From Entomortierella parvispora E1425 (taxonomy: Eukaryota; Fungi; Mortierellomycota), in NCBI GenBank assembly GCA_020891255.1, contig BQFW01000002.1, positions 2,480,001 through 2,544,000 of the forward strand: DNA of 64,000 nucleotides, given 5' to 3'. How positions within the stretch are numbered: position 1 is the first letter of the stretch; each line of letters opens with the position of its first letter. Shown here in pieces: positions 33,201 to 45,318 of this stretch. The translations under genes and the position numbers were made by a program. The notes under the pieces were generated by a model that did not search any database, was not told where the DNA came from, and was given only the letters and a program-made list of their open reading frames with translations.

Positions 33201-34904
33201 TAGAGAACGGGGAGAGGGATCAGCAGCAGGCTGGACTGACTGACTGATCGCGTGTGAGGCAATGGAGGAGTACGAATCAGTTGCGAAGAGGATGGGAGGA
33301 AGGAGGTGTGTGATTCGTTTCGGGAAGGAAGGGTGTGTTGAGTGTGTGGAGTGAAGAGCGGTGAGTGTGTGGGTATGCTGTGTGTCCAAGGCAGCACGGG
33401 AGGAAAGAGGAGAGACGAATGCAAAGAAGGACAGTTGGGCGAGGGGATGAAGACAGGGAGGAAAGAAGAGCGAACAAGAACAAGAACAAGAAGAAGAGGA
33501 GGCGGTGGTGGTGGTGGTAGAAGAGAACAAGAAGGACCAGAACAACAAGACACCGAGGCAAAGGAAAACGAAACGCAACAACATGGCCCAGAATGACGAA
33601 AGTTGCTGTTGATGCACAAAGGGTGTGCGAGAGTGCGGCGAGTCACGTTACCACTTGTGCTCGCTGGCAGGTTGGCACCAGTGAGTGAGTGGACACGCAA
33701 CCTAATGCTTTGCATGCCATGCATCCTTCTATTGGTTGTGTCTATGCCCATCATCACACACGCAATACGACTCATCATGCCCCCAATCTCTGCAGACAAC
33801 ACACGGACCACTAGGCTGATCAGCCTTCCCTGATTGTGTGTCGACGGATGGACGAGCACTGGCCCCGTAGAACACCTTCACCCTTTTTTTTATCCTTTCC
33901 CCTTGGCTCAGATAAAGACAGCATGTCCCGAGCAAGAAGAGTCAAAAGCAAAGGAGACAGACAGACAGTCAGCCTGTTTGTTTCCAAACTGGCTTGGGGT
34001 TCGAGCACAAGAGATATTTTTATTTATTTTCATGAATGCGACGACCTTTTTTTTTTTTTTTGTTGGATCAGGAACGGGATGGATCAAAATACCTGGAGGC
34101 AACAATTCAAAAACAGAAGTTAGTAATCGTCTCGAAATCAAAAAGAATCGAGTTGTTTACAAATGAGAATGTGAATCCCTGGCACAACTACCAGCAGATC
34201 TGGGTCCCACTCCCTCCGAAGAAGGCGGGTCCCACTCCTGCTAGTTGTTTAAGGGAACCGGGTGTCCTAAAACCCCTTCTCTCTCGAGGAGAAAAGTTTA
34301 CTCTTATCCGATTGAATAGTACAAATGCCAGCAGAGAAAGCTTGGCCTTCGTGGGTGCGGATGTGTGCGGTGATGGAAGCAATGGGCGAAATAGCACGAT
34401 CAAGGGAATGAGGACCCAGGTCATCTCTTTCAGTAGGTGTTGCTCAAGTGAAGAAGGGGAACTAGGACACCGCTGGAGTGCAGTGGAGTGAAGAGGACAA
34501 CTGTTATTACCTTTTAAACGACAAATAAACAAATGGAAGGAGTAGGCAATGGATAAAGAACGGAAGGGAAGGGAAGGGAAGGGAGAGTTGAAGAGAAAGA
34601 ACGATACAAAAGACCAGAGATTGTATTTATACCTGCGTTCTAAGCCACTCGATTTCTTTTCTTTTTTTTTTTTTTGCACTCGTCTTCCTCAGTCAGTTGA
34701 AAAGAATGGGCCAGAAGGATGTAGGTGGATGCCAAAGCAGCGCGCTTTTCTTTTTTTTTTTTTTTTTTTTTTTTTTTGTTCTTCTGATTGTCTTATTTGC
34801 ATCGTTCGTTTACTCTTGACGACTCTCCACACCCCCACTCCCACTCCCTCATCCCTACCCCTCGCTGTCCTTCTTCTTCCTTCCCCCCTCATAAGCACCC
34901 CCAA

Positions 34905-36989
34905 ATGCCCGAAGAGATCAAGAACACCCTCGACACCATCACTGTCGACCATGCCGGCGAGATCAACACTGCAAAGGCCGACGGCGACGGTCCTCTCTTC
35001 CAGGACATTGATGGCGACCAGCAGGTCACCGAGATTGAGAGCATGTGCATGAACTGCCACGAGAATGTACGTTGGTGCATGTGCCTTACTGTTTTTGTCT
35101 GCAAGAGAGAATCTCTTTCCCTTTTGCCTGTCACTCCTCTTGCCAGACAGACTGGTGCCAAATCATGGTAGACTGACAATCTCCCCACGTCCTTCTTTTT
35201 TACCATGTCAACAACCACAGGGTACCACTCGTCTCTTGCTCACTCGCGTCCCTCACTTCCGCGAGGTCATCCTCATGGCCTTTGACTGCCCCCACTGTGG
35301 ACACAGATCAAACGAGCTTCAGCAGGCCAACGCCATCGCCGTCGGAGGCGCCATCTATACCTGCCACATCACAACAAAGGCCGACCTTAACCGTCAGTTG
35401 GTCAAGACTGATACTGCCGTTGTCAAGATCCCAGAGATTGACTTTGAGATCCCAGCCCAGCGTGGCCACTTGACCACCGTGGAGGGTCTTCTTTCCACCG
35501 TCCTCGACGATTTGCAGAGCGATCAGCCTGTGCGCAAGGTATTTTTTTTCTTTCATTTTGGTCTTGAAAAAAAAAGGGGGGATAGCAATATGGCTATGCC
35601 TTGCCGCAGCTAACAAAACAAGGAAAGTGAGTCAACGAGTCTAATCCAGCCCCTTCTTCAACACTAGCACTTGGACGAGGCTTTATACCACCAGATCGAG
35701 GATGTTATTCAGAAGCTTCAGGATTGCATTGACAACAAGACCCCATTCACCATCATCTTGGACGACCCTGCAGGAAACTCTTATATCGAATCTCTCTCTG
35801 CACCTGATCTGGATGACAAGCTGGACCTTTCCGTCTACATGAGAACCCGTGCTCAGGAGCGTGCCATGGGACTTTCTGTTCCCGAGGAGCAGGAGGGCGA
35901 GGTTGCAGAGGAGGTCAAGACCGTCCCTATGCCCAAGGATCAAAAGGAACAGCATGCTCAGCAGCAGCTCTGGGAGGCTGGTTTGACAGAGGCCGATCTG
36001 GAGAAGGAACGTGCCGAGAAGAGGGCTGCTGGACAGGAAGAGGAAGAGCTCCCTGAGGTCTTGTCTTTCCCCGCCAACTGCTCCTCCTGCAACGCCCCCA
36101 GTGACACAAAGATGCACATTTTGGATATCCCCCATTTCAAGGAGATGATCATCATGTCGACCGTCTGTGATCACTGCGGCTACAAGAGCAACGAAGTCAA
36201 GGCTGGAGGCCCCGTCAGTGAGAAGGGCAAGCGCATCATTCTCAAGATTGAGGATGCCGAGGATATGAGTCGCGATATCTTGAAGGTAAGGACCAGTGAA
36301 GCAAAGCAGACGAGTCAAGGAGGTATTGGTATGTGGAATCTAGCAACATGCACTAACAAATTGTCGACCTACACCTAGTCCGAGACTTGCGGTCTTTCCA
36401 TTCCCGAGATTGATCTGGAGTTGAACTCTGGTACCTTGGGCGGTCGATTCACAACAGTCGAGGGTCTTTTGAGACAGGTGCACGATGAGCTTTCCAGCAA
36501 GGTGCCACAGGAAGAGGAGAACCAGCCTGAGCGTCGTCGTGTCTTTACAAAGTTTTTGGATAACTTGGAGAAGGTAAACGCATGGAGCCCCTTGGCCACT
36601 TGGACACGATATATTGCATTTGGCTCTGATGGGTTCCGTGAAAGAGTTGTACTAATCGTTTTCTGTTTTTGTGATTTCGCCAGGTCATGTCCCTCGAGAT
36701 TAAGAGCACTTTGATCTTGGATGATCCTTTGGGCAACTCTTACCTTCAGAACTTGTATGCTCCCGAGCCTGATCCCGCCATGAAGATCGAGGAATACGAG
36801 CGCACATTCGAGCAGAACGAGAGCTTGGGATTGAACGACATGCGGTTGGAGAACTATGAACACGCAAAAGAGCCAGAGCATGTCAGCCACGATGAACATG
36901 AACATGAGGAGCACCATGAGGAGTTGACAGATGCTCAGAGAGAAGAGGAGGAGACCTCGGGCGGTGGTGTCTCTGGAGGACACTTCTAA
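34905..36989 (+). CDS. ZPR1: Zinc finger chaperone Zpr1 (multi-exon)
   Basis: Two ZnF-A/B modules: IESMCMNC...[23 protein letters not shown] and CSSC...[25 protein letters not shown]; TTVEGLL twice; [10 protein letters not shown] and [12 protein letters not shown]. Confidence 0.95.
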
Positions 36990-39870
36990 GATGTGGAACT
37001 ACTTTTTTTTTTTTTTTTTTTGAACAATAGAAGGAGAAAGAAAAAAGAAGAGTTCTTTGTCAGCTCCTTACATCCCTTGCTCACCCTCACTTCTCCAAAC
37101 ACTCCAATTGCATGTGCATCATTTACTCATTCATTCGTATTATTTACCTTCAATAACGATACATTAAAGAAAAAAAACTATCTTCTTCAACGACAAATCG
37201 GCAGAATGCCCAAGCTTAAAAGTCGACAGGAAGCAAAGAGTCCCAGAGCACAGACAGAGCCTCTCCCGGACAAGCACGGGAGTGAAGGGACCTTTTCTTC
37301 CCACGAGGGTGCTCGATGTTTGCACATGAGTTGGCCGATCAGGAGGTGCAAGAGGCTCGGAGAAACCGTACTTCTTCCCGTTTAGCCTGCCGCAGCTTTT
37401 GAAAGAGAATGACGATGGCGTAGTGCTCAACAGGCGTACAACAGCAAGAATACTCGACTAGCGAGAAGAGCAATTGGAAAGAATTGCAGTTTGCAAAAAA
37501 AAAAAAAAAAATCTCGGACGATCCCGCGATGCCGATTTTTTCTTGAAATTGACCCTTGCCCTGCTGCACCAACGCTCATTGTTTTGTGCATGGCAAGTCT
37601 CGTGGCAGAAAAGAAAAAATACCACACCATCAGAGCACAAAAAACTTTACCTCCACTCGACTAGCGCGCACGCGGGTCAATGGAATTGGAGGATCCATCG
37701 CAAATTTTTGTGCTCCAAAAGCCCGGACCCATGATAAAAGGGAAAAAAGTCTTGCCAAAAAGACTGCCCTTTGGCTCTGCATGGAATCGAAAAGAACAAA
37801 AAAGAAAGCCAAAAAAAATATGACTGAAAGATTATCGATTCCTCACGCGTTCACCCGTCTATGATTTGGTGGAACTGCCTCTGTTCCTCCACGTATCTTA
37901 CTTTTTCTGTTTCATTGATTCTGAGCAGAACCGGGGCATATCAAACTCGCAATCTCTAGAGTTTCACCTCTGAACATATGTGTCATGGCGCCATTCATTT
38001 TCATCACCTACATTACGTTCTGAACCCCGCATAGAATGGATAACCTCTTTATCTTATCCAGAAACGTAGACAGGTTTGTTCTCAATTTTATACTGGCAGA
38101 CTTTCGTGGTGCTAGGAAGCGGGGTTTGCGTGTAGGAATTGGGTATTCTTGGACAACGCGAGCGATTTTTGTTGTTGCAATGTGGAAACACTGCAGCAAA
38201 AAGGAGGTTGCGCTGCGCTGTTTGTGCGACCACGACCATTCCCGTGAAGGAAAAGAAGCAATTGAGGAGAACAACAAAAAGGAGGGTTGCGATCAAGAGA
38301 ATACAGCCACCGCGAAGCCTGCCCCGATCAAACGCTGGGATGGATGGCGCGACAAGGGCAAAAGTGAGCAGAGGAGTCATTCTTTGAAACAGAAAACAGA
38401 GTTAACCACGCGCTCAGACCTTAAAACTACCCCCACTTTTGGTCCTCCAATTATTGCAGGGATACATCCCGAGGACCCCCCTCATTTCTGTTTTTTACGC
38501 CCATCGCTGACAAATTCAGACTTCGCCCGAAAACAGCATTTGTTTTCTGCCAGCGCAAAGCATGGAAACTCACGGAACAAATCAAAGAAATAAAAAAAAA
38601 AAAAAAATTATCGCAATTGAGATCTGACACACAAATCCCTCCACATCCTCCTATCATACCTTGACACACCTCACCTTTTTTACTCACCTGCATCTGTTTC
38701 TTTGTACCGCAGCATCCACCACCTTATTTTTATACTATTCTTGCATGCAAAACAGGGTGCTCCACACTAAGCTAGTCTGCCTTTGGAGATTTGTATCTTC
38801 CCTCTCTCCAACTGCGGTTGAACAATATATTTTCCGACTGTGGTACGACACACAATTGACCGCTGCGCAGTCGTCAATTGAGAGGCACAAAAAAGGAATT
38901 TGACCTTTCCCACACCTCATTTGACGTTCCTATTCGCTCAGTTGCCGCAGTCGCAACCTTGACCTACATCAATTGAGAGCCAAAAGAACAAAGGCCCCTT
39001 CTGAATAATGTTAAAGGTCCATTTTAGACCATTGCCCAATCGTGCCTCAAAAAGACGCGACCACCTCTCCTTTCTTTCTTTGAACGGGGACTGAAAAAGA
39101 ATATTTTCAGCGTTTTGTACATACCTCACCTCAACCCCTCCTTACTGGGAAACCCCGGAGAACCGAAGAGGTTTTGGGTCAGAGGCATGGAAGACCGAGA
39201 ATAGCACAGACAAGAGTGGGGCGGAGAAGAACATAGAACAAGATAGACTCTCGTGGAAAGGAAGACCGAGAGATTCCTGGGAACCTCAAAGTGAAGGTGT
39301 GGATGTGTCATTGGCTTGAATATGGTTTTTTTCTGTCTGCCCACATTTTTTTTTTTTTTTTTTTTGGCCCTCCGATCATCACCTCTTTTTTTTTGGCTTC
39401 GCATGGCAAGTCGCGGTAACCCTTCTTCTTTTGGGCGAAATTCTGTAAATACACCTTTGGGCCATGGGCGGAGTGTTCGGTTTATCCATTCCCACAGGGG
39501 GGGCTGAGGTAGTTGAGCTCGCGACGAGAAGGACAGATTTCGGGCACAGCCATATGCTACCATGCAAAGAGATACACCGACAAAGGTACCCGTATGACCA
39601 CGGAAAGCAAAAGAGGAAATACGAAAAAGGAGGGAAAAAATGCGGGGAAAAGCATTTTGCCAGAAGAGGGGACACAGAAGAAATGCTCTTTTTCTTAAAC
39701 CATCTGGTGGAGTGGTAAGTGAGGCACACCCGTTTTATTTTCTTGACTACGGTAGGCGGAAAACAACTACTTGTTGACCAAAGAGCTGTTCAGAGGAGCA
39801 AGACGCGCCGCAGGAGCGGGGATAGGATACTAGCAAGTCTTAATAAACAGAGCAAGTAGGTCTTAGTGAA

Positions 39871-40787
39871 GGGTGTCATTGTGCTTTTGGGCAAGTGGAC
39901 GTGAGGTTGGCGCCATTGTAGAAAGCGATAGACCGTAGACGGGATAGAGGGGGTGGAGGGGAGGGGAGAGGGGGGGTGTCAAAGAGGGTGTCATAGAGGG
40001 TGTCATTGAGGGTGTCATTGAGGGTGTCATCGATGTTCCACAGAATGGACGGCTGTGAGAGGGGGGAGGGGTGTCATTGCACAGTTCCTAAATTGTGTCG
40101 CGGCGCTCTGCTTAACAATCCGAAGACAAAGGAAATCACAGTCGGGGTCCATGCCTTTCCTATCCAATGATTGGATTTGAGCCCGCAGACAAGAAATAGG
40201 GAGAGAGGCACATCCTCCTAACCCTAGCGAGAAAATGGAATATCGATAGTCCAAGGGTCTGTGAAGGCTTGGCACCTCCGTCTGCAAAACTGAGTGGGAG
40301 AAAACAGATCATTGCCCGGGTTTGTATCGGACCATTGCCGTCCCGCGTGGTGGTGGTGGTGGTGTGGAGAATAGGCACTCGAGACACGCATTGTTGTTTG
40401 GTAGTCTGACACAATGCACCAGCATGGTCATACAAAAATGAATGTTCCTCTTTAGCGCCCCTCGCTGTTTTGAAGAGGATACAAATGAAAAAAAGGGTCT
40501 TGCTTTTCCAGCTTCGCCCAGTCTGTGTGCAGACAAGGGAAGAAGGCAAACCGTTTTTAGGTAGAGGAGCCGCAACGGTCTATTGGAGTTGCACCATCGA
40601 ACGATGGATTGGCTGAGATGACGGCAAGACAGCGCAACAATGGGCATCAGCTTAGAAATCGGAATAAAAAAAAATTAAAGTAAAAAAAATAAAGACAGTT
40701 CACTTGACCCTCCTTTGTTCTCCTTGGCTGGCTCCACCTGCGCAAAACAGGAAGAATGGAAAGAGAGGGGAAAGCGCAAGGGTGTCA
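39871..40787 (+). repeat. Cluster of eight GGGTGTCA motifs, five in exact 12-bp phase
   Basis: Copies start at 39871, 39974, 39986, 39998, 40010, 40022, 40069 and 40780, all in one orientation. Confidence 0.9.
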
Positions 40788-40987
40788 ACAACAGGAAACT
40801 TTCGTTCGCCAACCTTGTCTTTACTTGGAACAGCAACAACAAACAAAAAAAGACGACTGCAGACTGTGACTCAATTGCTCTCTGAAAAAAGATCGCTACC
40901 AAAGATGGCGTTTTGAAGTACTCTTGCCGGGCCTGCTATTGAATTGCGAACAGGGCACTGTTGCAATGGAGTAACCTTCTTTTCTTT

Positions 40988-41020
<33 letters not shown>

Positions 41021-41166
41021 ATAGTCTGGCTGCACACACATACACACATACACACATACACACGCACACTTAGAGCGTGGCAGGTCGGACCCTCATACAT
41101 ATTCCGCCTATTCATCTATTCATCCTACGCAATTCAGTTCTTTTTGCCAGTGTCCCGCCTCTCGAA

Positions 41167-41173
41167 TATAAAA
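41167..41173 (+). promoter_or_regulatory. TATA box upstream of the arrestin gene
   Basis: TATAAAA ~250 bp upstream of the ATG at 41423. Confidence 0.45.
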
Positions 41174-41422
41174 GGGCATGGCCCCCTCGCTCCCTTCAAG
41201 AGAAAAAAATAATAAGAGAAGAGATTCAGACAAAGCGAACAAACGAGCATACAGAGCAAACAACAGCCTACCGATCAATCATCCACATCCGCAGCCTTTC
41301 TCCACCCTCACACTGAACACCTCACACTGAACACCTCACCTCACACAGAACACCTCACACTGCACACCTCACCTCACTCCACGCAGCGCCTTCCTTATCC
41401 ATCAGCATCTACTCATCCAGCA

Positions 41423-43252
41423 ATGACTGCCTTTATCAAGATCGAACTCGAGGACAACTACCTCACCCTTCCCCACTTGACCCGCGCTCAGCTCGCCCCT
41501 CTGTCTTCCCTGCAGCATGAGCCAATGTCGCCCACCATTGCCCCCGGTAGCCCCCTGATGACCATGGCCTCGCCCGAGCGTACCCTCTCCTTCGGCGCCA
41601 CCTCGGTGGCCTCCACCCTTCCTTCCTCCACGGCCTCTGTCCGCTCGTCGTTGGAGCTGGAGCGTCCAGCTGCCTCATCGAACCTGGAGCGTCCAGCTGC
41701 CTCATCGAACCTGGCCCAGCCCAGTGTTGGTTGCACCCTGCTCAAGGGCCGTGTGGTCATCACTCTCTCCAAGCCTATCAAGGTCGCCTCGCTTAGCGTT
41801 GCCTTGAACGGGTCGACCCACATTGCCTTCCTGGGAACAGGTAAACGTGCCCACTATTCCCGTCATCATATTCGATCCCAGCAGTACCTGATCGAGCCCC
41901 CTTCCTCTTCCGATCCCCAGCGTCAGTACACGCTCGTCAACGATGATTCTGTCACCTACCCCTTTGAGATTGAAGTCCCCAACCACTTGCCTGCTTCTGT
42001 GGCTACGCCTCAAGGAGGCACAATTTATCGCCTGACCGCCGTCCTGACCTTGTCCAAGAGTTCAGGCCTGATGTCCTTCCTTTCCTCGGGATCCACCATC
42101 TCTTCTTCCGCGACGGTCCAGATTTATCGTGCGCCTCGTGCGCGCTGCCTCGTGCTTGAACAGCCTGGGGAGTTTGTAGAGGACGACGATGAGGAGGATG
42201 AGCTGCTCAATGCGGACCAGACCCCTGGTGAGACCGAACGTGAACAACGGGACCCTGCGGACGAGAACGATGTCGTGCCCGCAGTCGTGTCTCATATTTG
42301 GCCGGGTCACTTGGAAGCTTCCGTCTCGATCCCGTACACGCAGCTGCCTCCCCAGTCCAAGCCTGACCTTCACTTGCGCGTCCGGGTCTTGCGCGAGAAG
42401 GTGGCCATCAAGTGTTTCCAGTCCGCCTTGCACGAGCGCGCCATCTTTAGGGTCCAGAAGGCCGGATCTTCCATCACCAGCAAGAAGCACATCGTTGGTG
42501 TCAGGGAAAGGGTTGTGAGTGCTCAACGCTGTGATGCTGGGTGGCAGAACGATGTCATCACAAGCATCGTGCCCCACACATTCGAAAAGGTGGTCCTGTT
42601 CTCGATCCCCAACGCTCTTCGATCCCACAATGATGTCCAGATGTCCCGAGGTTTGAACGTGTCGACCTATACCAGCATCTCCAAGCTGAAGAGGCATCAG
42701 TTGAAGGAGGATCTCGAGATCAAGGACAGCGAGTTTGGAGAGGTCCATATTGAGATCCAGCACTTTCTCCGATATTCACTCTTTGTCCACAACTCGGTCG
42801 ACAGCAAAGGAAAGACCTTGTCCGGTCCTGTGGAGCGAGTTTTAGGCGATGTCCCCGTCGTTGTTCGTGGATTACCGTCGGGGCCTGAATGCGACTTGTC
42901 GGGCTTACCCACCTACCTGTATTCGTTTTCGACTTCGCGCGTCTCCTATGAGGATGCTCGCGATTACGAGTTTGAGGCCACAGGAGTGGCTTTGGTCGAA
43001 GAAGCGGCCGAAGATGGCTCTAATACGACTGGACCCATCTATGGCGATTACGAGCGAGACGATGCCTTGATGGCGATCATGGGCTATCGCACTCCTCCGA
43101 GCTATGAAGACAGTGTCGGGCGACCTTCGATGGATCAGCTTTCGCTCTCAGATATGAGGCCTCTAGAAGCGACAAGCACCAATGGCTCGAGCACCAATGC
43201 CACCACAACACCTTTCAGTTGCAGCAACTCTACGCTCTTGATGACCCGATGA
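41423..43252 (+). CDS. Alpha-arrestin (ART-type Rsp5 adaptor), intronless
   Basis: Arrestin-N-like GRVVITLSKPIKVASLSVALNG and YPFEIEVPNHLPASV..GGTIYRLTAVL; C-terminal PY motifs LPTY and PPSY. Confidence 0.8.
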   Translation: MTAFIKIELEDNYLTLPHLTRAQLAPLSSLQHEPMSPTIAPGSPLMTMASPERTLSFGATSVASTLPSSTASVRSSLELERPAASSNLERPAASSNLAQPSVGCTLLKGRVVITLSKPIKVASLSVALNGSTHIAFLGTGKRAHYSRHHIRSQQYLIEPPSSSDPQRQYTLVNDDSVTYPFEIEVPNHLPASVATPQGGTIYRLTAVLTLSKSSGLMSFLSSGSTISSSATVQIYRAPRARCLVLEQPGEFVEDDDEEDELLNADQTPGETEREQRDPADENDVVPAVVSHIWPGHLEASVSIPYTQLPPQSKPDLHLRVRVLREKVAIKCFQSALHERAIFRVQKAGSSITSKKHIVGVRERVVSAQRCDAGWQNDVITSIVPHTFEKVVLFSIPNALRSHNDVQMSRGLNVSTYTSISKLKRHQLKEDLEIKDSEFGEVHIEIQHFLRYSLFVHNSVDSKGKTLSGPVERVLGDVPVVVRGLPSGPECDLSGLPTYLYSFSTSRVSYEDARDYEFEATGVALVEEAAEDGSNTTGPIYGDYERDDALMAIMGYRTPPSYEDSVGRPSMDQLSLSDMRPLEATSTNGSSTNATTTPFSCSNSTLLMTR

Positions 43253-44569
43253 GCGATCAAAAGTACACCTTTTTCCTTTTCTACGACTCGATTTCTTTTT
43301 TTTACAAATCGGAGAGGATGCGACCCGAGCATCCGGTGCTCCATTCCATCCCCGCGAGCCCTCTCCATGGCCCTCGACCGCCCCCCTGGTTGGCTTTTGC
43401 ATCAAGTCTCCCATCCTCTCTCATCCAACCATGTCACATTGACATCTCTTTTCCATCCACTCCAATCCGGCACACAGTATTCAACTTTCAACGCCCTGAG
43501 ATGTTCCCTCACCCGGAACCGGCGAGAATACTTCCACTTGGAGGCTGTCGAACGAAAAAGAAACCCCCTTTCTGCCATCCTTATGAATGATAAAAGAACA
43601 ACAAAACAAAAATCAGACAAAAAAAAAAAAGCCCATGGCTTGTATCTTCCTACACATTCCCCCCTCCATCGCCCGCCGCTTCAAGAAAAAATACCCTTCT
43701 CCTTCATCCCTGCCTGCTATCGGGTCCCTGCAATCGCTTCAAAAAATTTACCTTCAATAAAATATTTAGTTTGGAAAAACAAAAAAAAAAAAAAAGCTAC
43801 TTTGGTCTCATTTTTGCGTCTGTCACACTGCCTGATTTTGGCGGACCACTAGAGAGGGCAAAAGAACCGAACATGGAGGTACCACGTATGACTACCCCAA
43901 TCCTTCAACTCTTTCCAAGGAACTATTACTCGCCTGCAACCGCAACTGGCCCCAGTTCTTCCCCAGCTCTTGTTCGTGGAATGCCGTAGATACACACCAC
44001 TAGAGATGAGTGCTGTATGATCTCGTACGCGTCCTCTTGAAATCATCGGAGCGTCAACTTGTTTATGGCTAATCCTGTTCCTGCCCCGCCAGTTATGGCA
44101 AACGCGTTCCTTGAAGGGGGTCTATGCTTTAGTGTCTTCAGAGGCTTTAATTATCTAGCCGTTCGGAGCGGTTGCATCAGCATCCTAGGCTTATGAATGC
44201 GTAGGCAATGGACAATCGGTTAGCATGACACTAGGGCCATGGCCATGGATTATAGGCGGGCTCTGTGTAGATCTATATGTCTTCTGCTCTAGCAAGCGCA
44301 CGAAGCGTCCCCCATTCTGGCAGTGGGGATTTGCCTGGCAATGAGAGTGTGGCAGTGCTTGTGTACCTGGGTTATTGTGCAATCCAATTCATTCATTCGA
44401 CCACCTGGACAGGGTTCTCTTTCAGGATTGCAGGGTAAAAAACGGCGTTCATATATGGACTGTAGAAGTCTGAAGCAAGCACTGGAAGTTCTTTCTCTGT
44501 AGGAAATATCGTGGGTCCAGAGCAAAAGGTCGAAGCGAACGTCGGGGCAACTCGAACAACAAAACAGTC

Positions 44570-44760
44570 AACTTGAGAATTCGCACAGAGCGCGTTGCGA
44601 GAGCAATCCTACCAGCCGACACTCCAACTCCGTTTCAACCATCCCATTCATCATGCATCTTCCCAAGAACAGTTCCTTCGGACACTTCAGCTCTCATTGC
44701 ACCCCTCACCCCAAACCAAGAGTGTCAACTACCCTTGCATCAAACAACAACATTTGAAAG
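44570..44760 (+). pseudogene. Decayed C-terminal tail paralog of the membrane protein at 45319
   Basis: Encodes QSYQP...SSQEQFLRTLQLSLHPSP, matching SYQPY...SSQEQFRDTLQLSSHPKP of the intact gene; no intact upstream ORF. Confidence 0.65.
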
Positions 44761-45318
44761 AGAAAGCGCGAATCGCGTGGAAAATAAAGTCATCTTTTTG
44801 GTCTTCTTCCTCAAGGGTTGCCGCAGATGTCTCTTTAAAGACGGTCGAAACTGACGGACCTTCATCTTTGATAAACAGAGGTAGAGATCTCCACAGATCT
44901 TGTTGCTTGGTGTCAACTATTCAATTATCCTGGATCCGAGAAACAGTTCTACATCCAACAAAGACAACCCGCTCAGCGTGACCTCTATCCCCTCACCCCT
45001 GTTACATCCGATGCGGCTCCAATTAAATGTGGCAGTGTAGCATGCCAGGTAAAATTCTTATTCAATCGTCTGCCCGCCTAGAGAAAGGGTGGCGTTCCCG
45101 GGAAAACAAGATGCTCTTTCTCTCTTGTGACCAACAACAGATCGCCTTTAGCGTCTGTTGGGAGAGTTTTTTATATCCTATTTTTTTTGCATTTGGCTCT
45201 TTTCTTCTTTCTTTGTCCATCCAACTTCCCCATACCCGGTTCTGTCGTCCCACCCTCTTTCGCCCCTTCCTCTGGACTGATACCAACATGGGTAAGAAAT
45301 CTTAGCCAGGCAAATGAA

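Noticed and set aside
33201-33859. N-terminal extensions and overlapping ORFs upstream of ATG13
   Set aside because: Pyrimidine-rich UTR and promoter sequence giving Ser/Leu/Phe low-complexity translations; the ATG at 33200 fits the Atg13 start.
37000-39800. ORFs in the ZPR1-arrestin gap (e.g. 38036-38593) and scattered ACGCG motifs
   Set aside because: Poly-A/T-rich non-coding character and no domain signal; the ACGCG count is too low to call an MCB cluster.
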